From the NCBI RefSeq assembly GCF_009914755.1, contig NC_060928.1: a stretch of 64,000 bases of DNA. One strand, 5' to 3'. This DNA comes from the human T2T-CHM13v2.0 reference genome, Homo sapiens. Shown in pieces: positions 1-14,645 of the stretch (position 1 is its first letter; each line of letters begins with the position of its first letter). The notes beneath the pieces are model-generated. The model made no database searches. It saw only the letters and a program-made list of their open reading frames with translations, and was not told where the DNA came from. A program made the position numbers and the translations under genes.

Positions 1-490
1 TTTAATTGTCTTGTTAACTATTTGCATATTTTGATGTCATTTTTCTAAACAACCACTTTTTGGTTTTATTGATCCATCTATTGTGTTTTCATCACTCTAA
101 TGTATATTTTCTATTTTATCATTTATGCTTTTATTTTTATTGTTTCTTTTCTTCTGTTATATTTGGGTATATTTGGTTATTATTTTCTAAATGTTAGATA
201 CTTTGCTCATTAATTCTTAGCCTTTCTGAATTTCTGATGTATGCATTTAAAAATATAATGTTCCCTTAACGGGTGTCTTATGCAGCCCTATACATTTTGA
301 CATGTAGTATTTCATTATTATACACCTCTAGGTCTTTTGAATTTTTCATATTGATTTATTTCTAACTCCTGAGTTATTTGGAAATTTTTTTCTAATTTTC
401 AAATATAAGATAATTTGACTTATCTTTTTATTATTAACTTCTGAATTTCTTGGTTTGTGGTTAGAGCATATGGTCTCTATCATATCTGGA
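1..490 (-). mobile_element. Ancient L1M ORF2 fragment
   Basis: T-rich antisense L1-like motifs (ttttctaaacaaccactttttggttttattgat; ttttgacatgtagtatttcatt); heavily diverged, boundaries approximate. Confidence 0.55.
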
Positions 491-578
491 AAATAGAGTA
501 GAAGGGGTACAAGGGAGGTTTCAGTCCCAATTTCTACCAAAATGCTGAACCAGCAGAAGCTTCAACGTCTACTTTCCT

Positions 579-859
579 TCCTCCTTATGCCTTTCTAAAT
601 AGATTATACAATAACTCCTGGAGAGTTGTACTCTTTAGATCTTTTTTTCTGTCTCTTCTGGTGCTTATGAGTTTATATTCTCCTCCTTATGCCTTTCTAA
701 ACAGATATACAATAACTTATTGTATTATATTGTATATTGTATAATTATATATTTATATACAATAAGTTATTGTATAATCTATTTAGAAAGGCATAAGGAG
801 GAGAATATTAGCTCATAAGCACCAGAAGAGACAAAGAAAAAGACCTAAAGAGTACAACT
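579..859. repeat. Long inverted repeat (arms 624-725 and 757-859) plus third partial copy 579-616
   Basis: Manual reverse-complement alignment: about 7 differences over ~103 nt; 579-616 is the exact reverse complement of 765-802. Confidence 0.95.
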
Positions 860-899
860 ATTTCAAAACTACAAATTGAAATTGTATTTCACTGAAAGT

Positions 900-1240
900 G
901 GAGAAAATATAACTAAGAAACAAATAATACAGAGTAAGCATAATAAGTAAAAAAGGAAGCTATTAAATATATACAATAAGAATAAGAAAGCATAAGAAGA
1001 TCCAAATAGGATTATGTGTGAAGACAATAGATGAAATAAAGAATATAGTAGGTAGTATAAATAAATAATCAGTGAATTACAAAATTAAAGATTAGTTTGG
1101 GAAACATTCCAGAAAGAAACAAGGAAGCATAAATAAATAGAAAACTTAAAGAAAAGTTAAGGGACATATGGGGAAAAAACAAGTATAAATATCCTTAATC
1201 AAATTCCTGGAAAGAAAAAGTTCAAGAAGAAAATATAGCC
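900..1240 (+). mobile_element. Probable ancient L1M ORF1-region fragment
   Basis: A-rich L1 ORF1-like wording (aaatagaaaacttaaagaaaagttaagggacatatgg); very diverged. Confidence 0.35.
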
Positions 1241-1489
1241 ATTCAAAGTAGCTAGGATATAATTCAGGTGAAACTTAGGACCTTCAGAACCTGCAGAAAC
1301 CTTGTATCTGAGTCTTCAAAGAAGTTTAGAACTTCACCAAGTTTAGAAGTAAAAGGAGGGACTAAATATTTTAGGAAACTTGGAAAAGAGAGGTTTGTTT
1401 CTGTATCTGTAAATAAGCCACATAGATTAAGTGTGAGATTTTGAGATTTGTTCTCACTCGAATGTATTCCAACTACTAATATGATTTGT

Positions 1490-1628
1490 CAGTGAGTTGG
1501 CCAAGCCCTTTTAGAGTTGTCAGAGATACCAATAACTCTCTACCTTAGACCCTAGACTTGGCCAGTCCAATTCACAGACCTATTGCTGCCTGGCTGGCCT
1601 CTGTAAGCATTTGCATGTAAATCCCCGT
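1490..1628 (+). mobile_element. MER102-like hAT-Charlie fragment
   Basis: gctgcctggctggcctctgtaagcatttgcatgtaaatcccc resembles the MER102 terminus. Confidence 0.4.
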
Positions 1629-1634
1629 AATGAT

Positions 1635-1760
1635 TATGACTGTAGATTCTGAAGTCAGGGGCCTGGGTTCCAGTCCAACCTCTGTCGAACACTGATTGTA
1701 TAATACTGGGCAAATTACTTAACCTCCTCTCTGCTTTAGCTTCTATATCTGTAATACTAA
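1635..1760 (+). mobile_element. MIR SINE fragment
   Basis: gcctgggttccagtcc...ctgggcaaattacttaacctc...tatctgtaa MIR core. Confidence 0.7.
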
Positions 1761-3440
1761 CTCTTGCAGCACTTTGTATAATTGTTCAGGATTTTACAAA
1801 AATACATCTCACAGTAGTTTCTGTTGTTATCAGCCAGTTTACACCAGAGCACATTTCGTTTTCTCCGATTTCTGATTGGTTTAGACACTTTATTACATAA
1901 TATCTTCAATGGTTCCTTGATCAGTAAGAATAAAAAGCCTGAGATACAGGTTACATCACTATTATAGTAGAATCCTTTGCTCAGATTTTTAGAACTATTT
2001 TGGCGAAAGAAAAATGGAAAAGACACTGTTGTTCATCAGAGAATCTTGGAAGGTTGGAGATAAGAAAAGGTTGGGTTGAAATTGGAGATTTTGGTGAGAA
2101 CTGAATTGCTCACCTAATAGAATGGCAGGTAATTGTGACTCTTAGTGATGATTCCTAAAGTTTGCTGGAAGGAGGAGTGAGAAATGGAGAAGTTGAAGCT
2201 TGAGTGGGAAGAATTTTAAAAGGAAACTTTTAAGGAATATATAAAATATTATTTAAAGATAATTACATGTTGTGATGTACACCCTCTACCTTTCTAAATC
2301 ATCAGGAAGACCTACAAAGTTTATGTTATTTTGTTGGGATTTTTGCCTAAGTATAAGAGAGAAAGACCAAAATCCATTTCTTGCTGCCAAAAAGTTTAAG
2401 ACATAACTAAAATAATTTAGCACAAGATCTGAGTTAGAAGTGTGACTATGTGAAGTCAGCCCTATTAATTTTCATATATATCTCGAAGAGAAGGTTGGGT
2501 TTACTGCAGGACCCAAACTAGGACTTCCGGCTACTCTTATCCAATATATTGCCAGGTTGATTCAGTTGATATCTGCTAACAGCAATACCTAATATTTTGC
2601 CTTTCATGCTAATACATAAATATTTATTCATATATAATACATATATTTTTATATAGAGAGAGGGTATTGGAATAAAAAAATGTGTGTTAGAACTAGGGCA
2701 GCAAGAATGGAAACAGAATTTAAAAAAATCACTGTTACGGCAGCCATTCTGAAGATACAGAGGGATGATCAACTTAAAATTTAATAATCCCTATGGCTTT
2801 GGCAGTTTATTATATCAGCAAGGGTTCACATGTACGGTATTGTTTAATATTATAACTGCATATATTGTTATTGCAAAGAATATTAGAATATATTATACCT
2901 ATTTTAAAAATTTGTTATATTCACTTTAATGAATTAATTCCTTACAAAAAAAGAATTACTAAATTGATCATGTTCAATGATTTTTCTAAGTAAGTCTAAG
3001 AGTATTTGACTGATTCTTCATTGCTTTCCTAAAGGATTTACTCTGTCAAGTCATATAAAATATAAAATTTCTTTAGTTGTCAGGGTTAGTTCAGATTCTT
3101 TACTCTGTATGAGTAACAGATTGCAGTGTGTTTGTTCTTCATACCCATTTGTTTGTAGTGTACATGTGAAAAGTATTAATGCATAATGAGAAATAGTACA
3201 AGTACTTTCTTTTGCAGGTATCTTGATAATTTAAGAACTTCATAGGTAAATGAAGATTTAAAATATTAAAATTTGGGGGAAAATTAAATATACATTTAAT
3301 ACATTTTATTTACACAGTATTTGAATATATTCTTCTTACAAAATATATTTTCAAATTATCTATAAATCCCCTCATATCATCACCCTCAATCCTGAGTTCT
3401 GGGGAAAAAAATCAGTTTACTTTCTCATTATTTGTATATA

Positions 3441-3518
3441 TAGATTGGACCATATGAAATTGTCTTCCTTGTAGATTAAAAATAGGTGAATATCAGCAAT
3501 TTCATGTGTTTCAATGTA
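3441..3518. mobile_element. MADE2 mariner MITE
   Basis: ~80-bp palindromic element tagattggaccatatgaaattg...caatttcatgtgtttcaatgta in a TA context. Confidence 0.8.
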
Positions 3519-3549
3519 GCATTTTAATATTTGCATTTAAAAAATAAAT

Positions 3550-4010
3550 ACCATTATACTCTACTTATCTAATAGAATTTGAGTTTTTGATCAAATGTCT
3601 TAGAAAACAATTCTTTTAATTAATACATGATATCCTGAGGCATAAAATAAGCCATTCTCTCAATAACTAACCTTTGGGTTGTGCTACTTTTTTCACTGTA
3701 ACTTATTTTACATATGTCCTTGAACAAATGAGTAAGTGTTTCCCTAAGGTAAATTCTAGAGGTAAAACTGTTAGGTCCAAAAGAATACACATTCTTTTTA
3801 CTAGTTATTGCCAAATGCCAGTTCCTATTTAAAATCTCACCAAAATGTGAAAAGCAAATGACCTTGCTTTTCTAAAACCTTACTACTTTATTTTCCTGTT
3901 TAATTTTTTGTCCTCATAAGTTAAAAGATAGTTGTTTGTTTTAGTTTATGTTCCTCCTATTATTAGTGATATTAAGTATCTATACTGTTTACTTAGACAC
4001 TCGTGTAAAT
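3550..4010 (-). mobile_element. Ancient L1ME-type 3' fragment
   Basis: ttccctaaggtaaattctagaggtaaaactgttaggtccaaaag matches antisense L1ME motif. Confidence 0.55.
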
Positions 4011-5829
4011 TGTACACACACACGTCTCTCTTACCTAAGAAATCCAAGACTTTTAAATATGAGCATTTTCTAAACATTCCAAACAGTTATGTATAAGGAG
4101 GAAATGGCTCCTACATGTAATGTCACTACTTTTACAGATGATTTAAGCTGTTCAATTCTTGGCAAGTGTTATTTTCAACCTTCCTTCCCCCTTCCTCATA
4201 TAGGATCAGTTATAATTTATCAGCTCAGTAAGAGTTTCAGTCTTAAATGTGTTTCCTAAAGATGACTTATTTCTTCTTTAAAAAAAGGACTTTTTACTCT
4301 GGGCCAGAATATAATGACTGAAGTTTATATTCACCCTGTATTTACTTTAAAATGAACTTTTTATAAATTTTGATAACTTTTCTAGAAATGCATTAACATG
4401 GAGATGTAACACAAACTTTCTGACTCAAACCACTTAGACAGGCAGGTTTGGCATCCTCCTGAAACTGAATAGGTATGGAAACTGTGCTTCTTGACCCCTA
4501 AACATTCTATCTCAAGTCTGTCTGTTGCTAGTACAAAGACAGGGGCTTCACAAATTTTATACCTGAGCCAGGCTTCAAAACTGGCTGGGAAAATGGAGTA
4601 AGAGTGACCTTTAGTGGCCACTTGGAGTAATCACAAAGTAATTTATGTCTCAAGGGGACGGATGGACATTCTGTTTGCATGACTTCTTAACACAGCAATG
4701 TAATAAGTTGGAACTGGCTAACCATGAAACATTTATTTGACTTTTTATGTCACTCTATTCTAACAGAAAATCAAAACCCTATGAGTCAGTGTTCAGACAG
4801 CTGAAAAGGTAAATTTTTAATTGGTAAATGGAAATCTAGTCACACCTATTAAAGTGACTTTGGGGCTTCAATGCCTAAATCCGCTCACAAACAGATTTGG
4901 AAAAGTACCATTTAATTGAGGCAAAAATCCTTTGCTTTCCATGGGTTGATAAAAGCCACCTGGCAGTCTTTTGAACCTCAGAACTAAGCAGCAGGGGGAG
5001 GAGTTATGTATTAGCACCATATCTGATCTTAGAAAAGAAAGACTCTCTCCCAATGAGAATGAAAGTCACTATTAATGGGAATTAAATGTTCAAAACGTAT
5101 ATTTTTCTTTTTGTCAGGAATATTAGTGCTTACTTCTTTTCTATAATTCCACCTTAAGATGTAGAGAGCATCTCCATAATTAAGACATTTCACTCATAAA
5201 ACCTAGGTATTGCTTTCTTAAATACATAGTTTCTCTCCAATAGAAGCACTTTCTGGTGAAAGATATATCAAATGCTTTATTTCTAATAAACCTCAAATAA
5301 AAATGTGACTAAGCAGTCAAATCAGCTAGCTCTTCTACATCCTCCTGAGTTCAATTAGCCCCTGGAAACTCAGGTGTATTTGCTGAGCTTGTTGCAAGGA
5401 TAGATCCCCCAAATAGAGAGAAGCTGTCTATGCATGCCCTTTCTTTTCTCCCACATTCAACAAGTGGGAAAATACTTTCTTCTCCCATGGAAAAGGGTGA
5501 GTGGGGGCTGGAAAGAAGTCACGAGGGTGATTCTTGGGAATAAGGTTTCCTTCTACATTATTACAGACAGCCCAAATCTAAAACAACAAACAACATTTCT
5601 AAGTATACATTTGAAAGATTCTCTCCTCATAGCACACATTTGTTTTTAAAAAGCAATTACTGTCTTAGTCACTGTTAACAGGGCACATTTACTTAAAAGA
5701 TTTCACAGGAGTTGTCAGCATATTTAGATCACAGGCCTTTTTTTACAGGAAAGTGCACAGTTCATCTTTAGCTGCTAATATCTCAGAATATAGAATTCAA
5801 GACCAGAAATGATTGAAAAAGACAAAGAT

Positions 5830-8300
5830 GATGTTTATATACTGGTAAGGAAACAATAAAGGAAGACATAACCATCATGAGGATGTATTCCATAATAAAA
5901 CCTCAAAGTATATAACGTCACAACTAACAGAAATGCATGGAGAAATAGATATATTAACCATTGTAGTTAGAGATTTTTAACATTACCTTTCAGAAACCAA
6001 GAAATCAAACATAAGAAAAAAAGAAAAAAGGCAAACATAGCATATGTAAAAAACATAATGTGCAAGTTTAAACTATTAGATATTTATACAGCTGTAAACC
6101 TAACAAAGATAAAATATGCATTTTTATTATAAATTGATAATTCATAAAAATTGACTTCTACTATTGCTCAAAGGAATCTTCAATAAATTCCAAAAAAGCA
6201 AATAACATACTGACTAGGTTCTTTGGCCATAATATTATAAAATTAGAATGTAGCTAACAAAATTTTGTATTTATAAAAACAATAATATGTGTTTTAGATT
6301 TCAAAAAGGAAATAATGAGGAAAATTATAAAATATTTAAAACTTAAAGAAAATGCATGTATGACATAAATGGTACTTAAAAATTTGAGCTTTAGAAAGTA
6401 ACATTCTTCAGGAAGTAAAAATTAACTCAAAAAAATAAGAGAGAAGAAAATAATAAAGAGCATTATAATCAAGAACTTGCTAGTAAAGTTGCATACTTAT
6501 ATACAGGGTAAATTATGGGAAAAAGTATTAAATGTCAAAAAGGTAGAAGAAGAAATAAAACACTCAAACAGAACAGTGCAATTGAACTGATAATCAAAGT
6601 GTTAGAGCCTCCCACAACTGCTCAAACCCAGATTGTTTTATATTTGACATTAATCAACATTTAAGAAATAGTTATTTTTTATATTATATGTGTTTCTAGA
6701 AATGAGAAAACTGCGAAAGCTGTCCACCTTATTCTACAGGGTTAGTAGAATCTTGATTTCACAACTAAGCAAGAACAAAAAACAGTAAGGATATTATTGG
6801 GATATTTGCCTTAGAAACCTAGAGGCAAATATCCAAAACAAAATATTAAATAAATAAATCTAACATATTAAAAAATATACCAAAATCAAATGGTATTTTT
6901 AATCCCAGAAATGAGAAGATGATAAACATGAGAAACTCTTTCAATATTAAAGCTCTCATTAATAAACTGAGAAAGAAAATATGAGGATTTTAAAAGATGC
7001 AAATAGTAATTTGATAAATTTTAACATATTTATAATAAATAATTAGAAATGTAGAAATAAAATATTCCCTAATTTGAAAGATATTTTATATCAAAGTACC
7101 AGTAAATAGCATCCTTAGTGGAGAAGCTTAAAATATTTCCTTTAACATCAAGGGTACACATAAAACAAAGTTATCCTCTATCATTGCCACTATTTAGCAT
7201 AAGACTAGGTTTCATTCAACACTCAAAGAATTTAAAAAGAAGAAATAAGAGGTGTAAGTCCTCAAGGAAAAGAGGACTATATTATGTTCATACAGTATGA
7301 TTACCTATAAAGAAAAACCAAAGGAATCATTAGAAAAAAATAGAATAAGAGCATTCAGCAAGGTTTCTGGGCACAGGATTGACTAAGAAAAAAAAACAGT
7401 AGCATTTATCTGTTCTACTAATAAGCAACTGAGAAATATAAAGTGTTCATAAATTTACTTAATAAAGAATATATGATACTTCTATGGAGAAAAAATCTAA
7501 ATTTCAGTAGAATAATGTGCAAAGAGTTTAAGAGACAGTTCACAGATGAAGATTGCAAAAGGTTAAAAAGTAAATGAGAGAGGCTCAAGCTCATTGGTAA
7601 ATAAAATGCAAATAAAAGCAACAATTGTAGATGTAAAACTCTATAGAATTTTACCATCAGTTTAGCAGAATCTTGAAAGGTGAGATACTCATAGCTATAT
7701 AGAGTTATAGGTATCCTCCATGCACTGTAGGTGGGAGTATAGATTCCTACCTTTCAGACAACCATTCTGGAGAATAACTTGGCAATATTTAAACAGAGGA
7801 AATGCATATTCCACTACTCACCAGTCTTGCTCCCAGATTAATATTCTATGGAAATAAAGGTTATATGTACAAATGGTGATATGCACAAAAATTTCCAGAA
7901 TTTTTGGAATTTGAGCATACTTCTCTGATAGAATGGTTAGTGAAATAGTGTGGGTGCATGCTTTAGAATATTGTAGCAGCACTTGAAAGGCTCATACTGG
8001 ATATATAAATAGAAACAATCATGGGTGAGTCTTAAAAACATAGTGATGAGTTAAGTAAAAAAATTCATATTTATATAAATTAAAATACATATATAAATAC
8101 AAAATAGTAATACATATTTTATGAGAATTTGTACAAGAAAAAATACTACATCAAAAGCATTAGGAAAGTAGCTTACAATGGATGGTATGGCATGGAGATA
8201 AAAAGGTGTAAATAAATAATACAAAAGAGGGGACATTTGTTCTATGGATCAATGACAATTGTATCATAAACAGAAGAGTGCGATTAACCCAAAGCTATGT
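5830..8300 (+). mobile_element. Ancient L1M (L1MC/ME-type) ORF2 to 3' region, fragmented
   Basis: Colinear degenerate ORF2 motifs (aaccattgtagttagagattttt; caaacccagattgttttata; aaagatgcaaatagtaatttgataaattt; ttcagcaaggtttctgg; caaccattctggagaataacttggcaat). Confidence 0.7.
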
Positions 8301-8812
8301 ATTTGAGGTAAAGAGGAAAAAAAGGCTTTAGATAATCAAGGAACCTACATATGGTTAAAAAAGAGAATGTTTTATTGTTATTTCCATCTGATACAAAGTA
8401 TTATGGGACTCTGTTATTTTAAATAATTAAATCTGAAAATCCACTTAACAGTACTCATAAATGACCATATTCTGAAAGCAAGGAATGGAAAAAAAGGACC
8501 ATTATCTACTTCTGAGAGTGAGGACTAGCTAGCCCTCTTTCCCCTCATGTGTGATATGTTACTTCTGGCATACTGACAGAGTGGGGCAACAGTATCCATC
8601 TTATATTACATGTTAGAACATTTTACTACTTTCTTATCATTCTGGCACATCTGTGGATCATTTAGTGCATGTCCACTTTGAAGACCACTGTTCTAAAGGA
8701 GTATCAACCAATCTGATGAACTAATTTGAACATTGTAATGTGTATGTTTATATGCAGCTGTCTATGTAAATGCATATATGCAATCATCCTTTTCTGAAAA
8801 CTTTTCACATTA

Positions 8813-9236
8813 CAATTGACCCTTGAACAACATACATTTGAACGGCACAGGTCCACTTATATGTGAATTTTCTTCCGCCCCACCATACCAGAGACAGCGA
8901 TTCCAACTCCTCCTCCTCAGCCTACTCAATGTGAAATGATGAAGGTGAAGAATTTTTTGATCAACTTCCACTTAATGAATAGTACATATATTTTCTCTTG
9001 CTTATGATTTTCTTAACATTTTCTTTTCTCTAGCTTATCTTATTGTAAGAATACCATATATAATACATATAACCTACAAACTATGTGTTAATTGACTGCT
9101 TATGTTATCAGTGAAGCTTCTGGTCAACGATAGTCTATTAGCAGTTAAGTTTTTGTGGGGCTCCAATGTTACATGCAGATTTTTTACTCCCTGGGGATTT
9201 GGTGCCCTAACCCGTGTATTGTTCAAAGATCAACTG
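8813..9236. mobile_element. Tigger2a/MER28-type TcMar DNA transposon
   Basis: TIRs caattgacccttgaacaa ... ttgttcaaagatcaactg, flanked by TA on both sides; 424 bp. Confidence 0.85.
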
Positions 9237-10083
9237 TACGATTTTTTAGATAAGTAACAAAGAATAATTTATGCTATTTTCATTTGCAAATACCATCTTA
9301 AAAATATGCAGTTATTAGGAAGTGATTCAGAGACTCATAAGGAGAAAGACTGAAAATGTATGTGAAAGAAATAGTGCAAATCAGAGAGTAAGAGGTGATT
9401 GTAACCAGAATATTCTCATGTTTCTTGTAGACTTAGCACAGACAGCTTAAACCGTGCTAAAAGGATAATTAATTAAGTACAGTTAACTGAGAGGTTTTTC
9501 TGTTATAGTAATATCCTGTTTACTTAACATCTTTTCTCCTTTCAGAATTTTGCAATAAATTCAGGGTATTAACTAGATAAATAAAAATGCAGACAGGCAC
9601 ACAGGTGCACACACACACACACACGGAATAAGATAGTATCTTGAAATATTTATCTTTGTGTGTTTTTTTTTATTTCTGCATGTCTCTGCAAATTAGAAAC
9701 AAACACATTTCTTTGAATAGAGTTCGAATTGTAATAAAGGAAAGGTAAAGAAAATGAAACAGTTAAAGCACCTTTTCTCCCCAGACTAGGCTCTCGAAAG
9801 TCCAAAGTTTCAAACCTGAGCAGGATAAGGCATAGAGGTTTTGATTCAGCAAAAGATTTAAAAATGTGTAGTGGGAGAAGCAATCAATATTTGCCTGTGA
9901 CATTGCTTGGCCGAGCTGCATGCATCTAAATTAGCCCAAGTGGACAGCCACATTTAGAGAGCCAGGACAAGCATATGTCAACCCCACTGAAATCCAGAGA
10001 GGTGGTAGTGGCAAAGGGATTTAGGAGATTTTCATAGCACTTATATTTGAGTGAGACATGACGGTGATAAAAACCTGCCCCTG

Positions 10084-10385
10084 CGGAGCGTGGTGACTCA
10101 CGCCTGTAATCCCAGCGCTTTGGGAGGCCGAGGCGGCGGATCACGAGGTCAGGAGATGGAGACCATATTGGCTAACATGGTGAAACCCCGTCTCTACTAA
10201 AAATACAAAAAATTAGCCGGGCGTGGTGGTGGGCGCCTGTAGTACCAGCTACTACTCGGGAGGCTGAGGCAGGAGAACGGCGTGAACCCGGGAGGCGGAG
10301 CTTGCAGTGAGCACCAAGATTGCGCCACTGCACTCCAGCCTGGGCGACAGAGCCAGACTCCGTCTCAAAACAAACAAACAAAAAA
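10084..10385 (+). mobile_element. AluY
   Basis: Dimeric Alu with ggcgtgaacccgggaggcggagcttgcagtgag; CpG-rich; TSD aaaaacctgccc(c)tg at ~10069 and 10381. Confidence 0.95.
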
Positions 10386-10599
10386 CCTGCCCTGATGACA
10401 TTTTTAGATTTATGTTCACATATAGATACCTGTGTGTTTTTGTGATGCACAAGTGGCCCATTCCCTTGATGGGGAGATTATGCAGAGGCAAATAAGGCAG
10501 GTGCCATAATAATTGCTCTCTTCAGTATCTACCCCAACCTTTCATCCTGACCACTAGATTGATAATCGGACAAGTCTTAGCACGACCCAATTGGAGAAT

Positions 10600-12215
<1,616 letters not shown>

Positions 12216-12330
12216 ATGTTGATTGGGATGGTGATTACTCGAGTGTAATATATTTGTCAAATCTCATCAACTTACAATCTGTGCATTTTTTGTATGTTAA
12301 ATTAGGGTAATAAAGTTGATTTAAACAAAG
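12216..12330 (+). mobile_element. L1MB/ME 3' end fragment
   Basis: tatatttgtcaaatctcatcaa...tgtgcattttttgtatgttaaatta...aataaagttgattt. Confidence 0.55.
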
Positions 12331-14439
12331 CAAAACAAAACTAACTTTTTATAGCTAGTCAGCCTGTGTGAAAGATAACTCTCTTTCCAATACATTATGT
12401 TGAACTGTTTTCTTTTGGTACAACTTGTGTTTTTTAATGTGCCTCAAAAACTGCTAAATTTCCCAGAATTAAGCTAACTGTGGAAGTTTGTGGTATAAAT
12501 GGAGAAGCTGTGAAGACACTCCCCAGGTTTAAAAAATCAAACAATGTAGAAACCTATCTTTCGGTTCAGATTTTAGTGTTAACAATACTGGTTTCAGTAA
12601 AATACCTCTAGTATCCTCATCTAAAAGAAAAAGCACAAACGCAGAATTTAAGGGTGGAGGAACCAACTGTGGACGTTTGATTCTGGTTACAAATGTCTGT
12701 GAAGATTTAACTGTATTAGCGGTGTTATTTAAATTGTTCTAGTTTAATAATTGAGATATAAATTAATGAAGATTTGATAACTTTGTTATCCACCTAAGGC
12801 CTATTAACTTTAGCGCATGATTTTCTACAATACAAATTTTTAAAGAATATATATAGGATTTGTAACAGAAAGACCTGTTCTAAAATCTTCAACCACGTTT
12901 TTTCTTCTTTCACTAGTAGTAAGTGGTTCTTTAGCAGCATTTTCAGTTTCATTTTATATGAATAAAGTTACTAATAAGTAGGTTCTTTATAAAATCAGTT
13001 ATATTTTGCATGGTCTATAAATATTTCAGTTGCATAAGTGACCTGAGAAGATCTAAGTCTTTATCACTATCTAGATATCATTCAATGCTAGATTTAGTTA
13101 AAAAAAAAAAAAAAAGCCCTGTACTGAACATGTGAGACTTTTGATTTCTTTACTTGATGTCAGCCTAGCCCAGAATACAGTCATTTTGTGACGCATTACA
13201 AATTACTCTTGTGTCTTTCTCCATCTTTTCTTTAATTAGGCTATTGCCTTTATAGTAATAGTATGATTGCAGAAACTGTAATTTTTGAAGTGCAGAAAAC
13301 TGTTAATGCAATTAGCAAAAAAATAGTATACTTGCATGCCCATAAGTTTTGTCTAAAATATTTTCAATATACATTACATCTTATTTTAGTTCATAGAATT
13401 AATTTTTGTCCTAGTTATAGATTGCATTATGCATTTGAGAATGAAAGGCAACTTTATGTTAGTAATTATTCTTTCTCATATCTTTTCATGATGTTATGAA
13501 TTTACATTGAATACAAATAGAGCCAATTGCTTTACCCTATGGTTTCTTTCCATATTGTAATATGTTTTAACATAGATCACAATTAAAGCCTACTGTGCTT
13601 CATAATATTCCTTGATGCCAGCTGTTCACCATCAATAAAATGGCAGTTTCTTCTCATTTCAGTGATTTCTTCTTAAATTTTTCTCCTTGAATTTGTGAAA
13701 TTCTGAATAACAAAAGTGATACATGCAAATTAATGCTTTCACATTGGTAGTATCTGGTCAACAGGAGTCTCCAAAATGAAGAATGAACCCAGTCCAGTGT
13801 CAAAACCAACTATAGTTGAGGAACTTTTCACAGACACATCTAATTTAGCACTTCTTACTTGATATTTAAATGAGCTGTCTGAGACACATTTCTGATGAAA
13901 TGTCTCTGTGATTATTTGAGAAAACTGAAGACTTTACTCTGGTAGCTCCATCATTCCTGTAATTGTTTTTGCACATCAGAACTAATTCCCCATTTTGAAC
14001 TCAACAAATGCCAGTTTTTAGAGCTATTTAATGAAGGAAACAAGTTCAAACTTTATTTCCCCCTTTAATGCAATCAGAGGTTATGTTTGTTTAGAAAGCT
14101 AACATCTATCCAGATTATACACGCTCACCAGTGTCAGGCCAAAAAACACAGGCCCAAAACCACTCATTCCATAACTCCCTCATTTTCTGACCTATGGCTG
14201 TTATTGTAGGAATTGAATCTATCAAGAAGTTGCCTCTGGTACAGTCAGAGAATATCATGGCACCTTGTGCAATAATTTGCAAACTGGTTTGAGAGAAGTT
14301 GTATGAAAAAAATACATTCCAAACCTTGACCTCCCTACATTGTCACAGAGAATGTTTGGCTGGGCTTAGTTCCAAAAAAGCAAAAGAAGTGTATCTGAGA
14401 GCTAGGTGAGGTTGGGAAAACATGCTTGGCAGCTAATGA

Positions 14440-14645
14440 TGAAGGAGCTTAACCTTCAGTCTTTGGCATCAGACACATCTGAGGTGAAGTCTTGGCTCAT
14501 CTGTCTAGTGTGTGATCTTGTGCAACATATAACTCTCTTTAAAACTCTATCTTTATCCATAAAATTTGGAATTTAATAGTAATTGCATCATTTGGTTGTG
14601 TTGACTCAGAAAAGGTCCTCAGTAAGTGTTTTTTGAATTAATGAA
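14440..14645 (+). mobile_element. MIR SINE
   Basis: ctttggcatcagacacatctg...tgtgtgatcttgtgcaa...atccataaaat. Confidence 0.55.

Noticed and set aside
1757-2026. Cys/Lys-rich 89-aa minus-strand ORF
   Set aside because: No recognisable domain, non-ATG start, ends in a MIR; length compatible with chance.
3204-4814. Plus-strand splice-like motifs (CAG/GTATCT at 3215; candidate exons 4386-4472 and 4767-4808)
   Set aside because: Weak donor, stops in most frames and no recognisable peptide; common by chance in AT-rich DNA.
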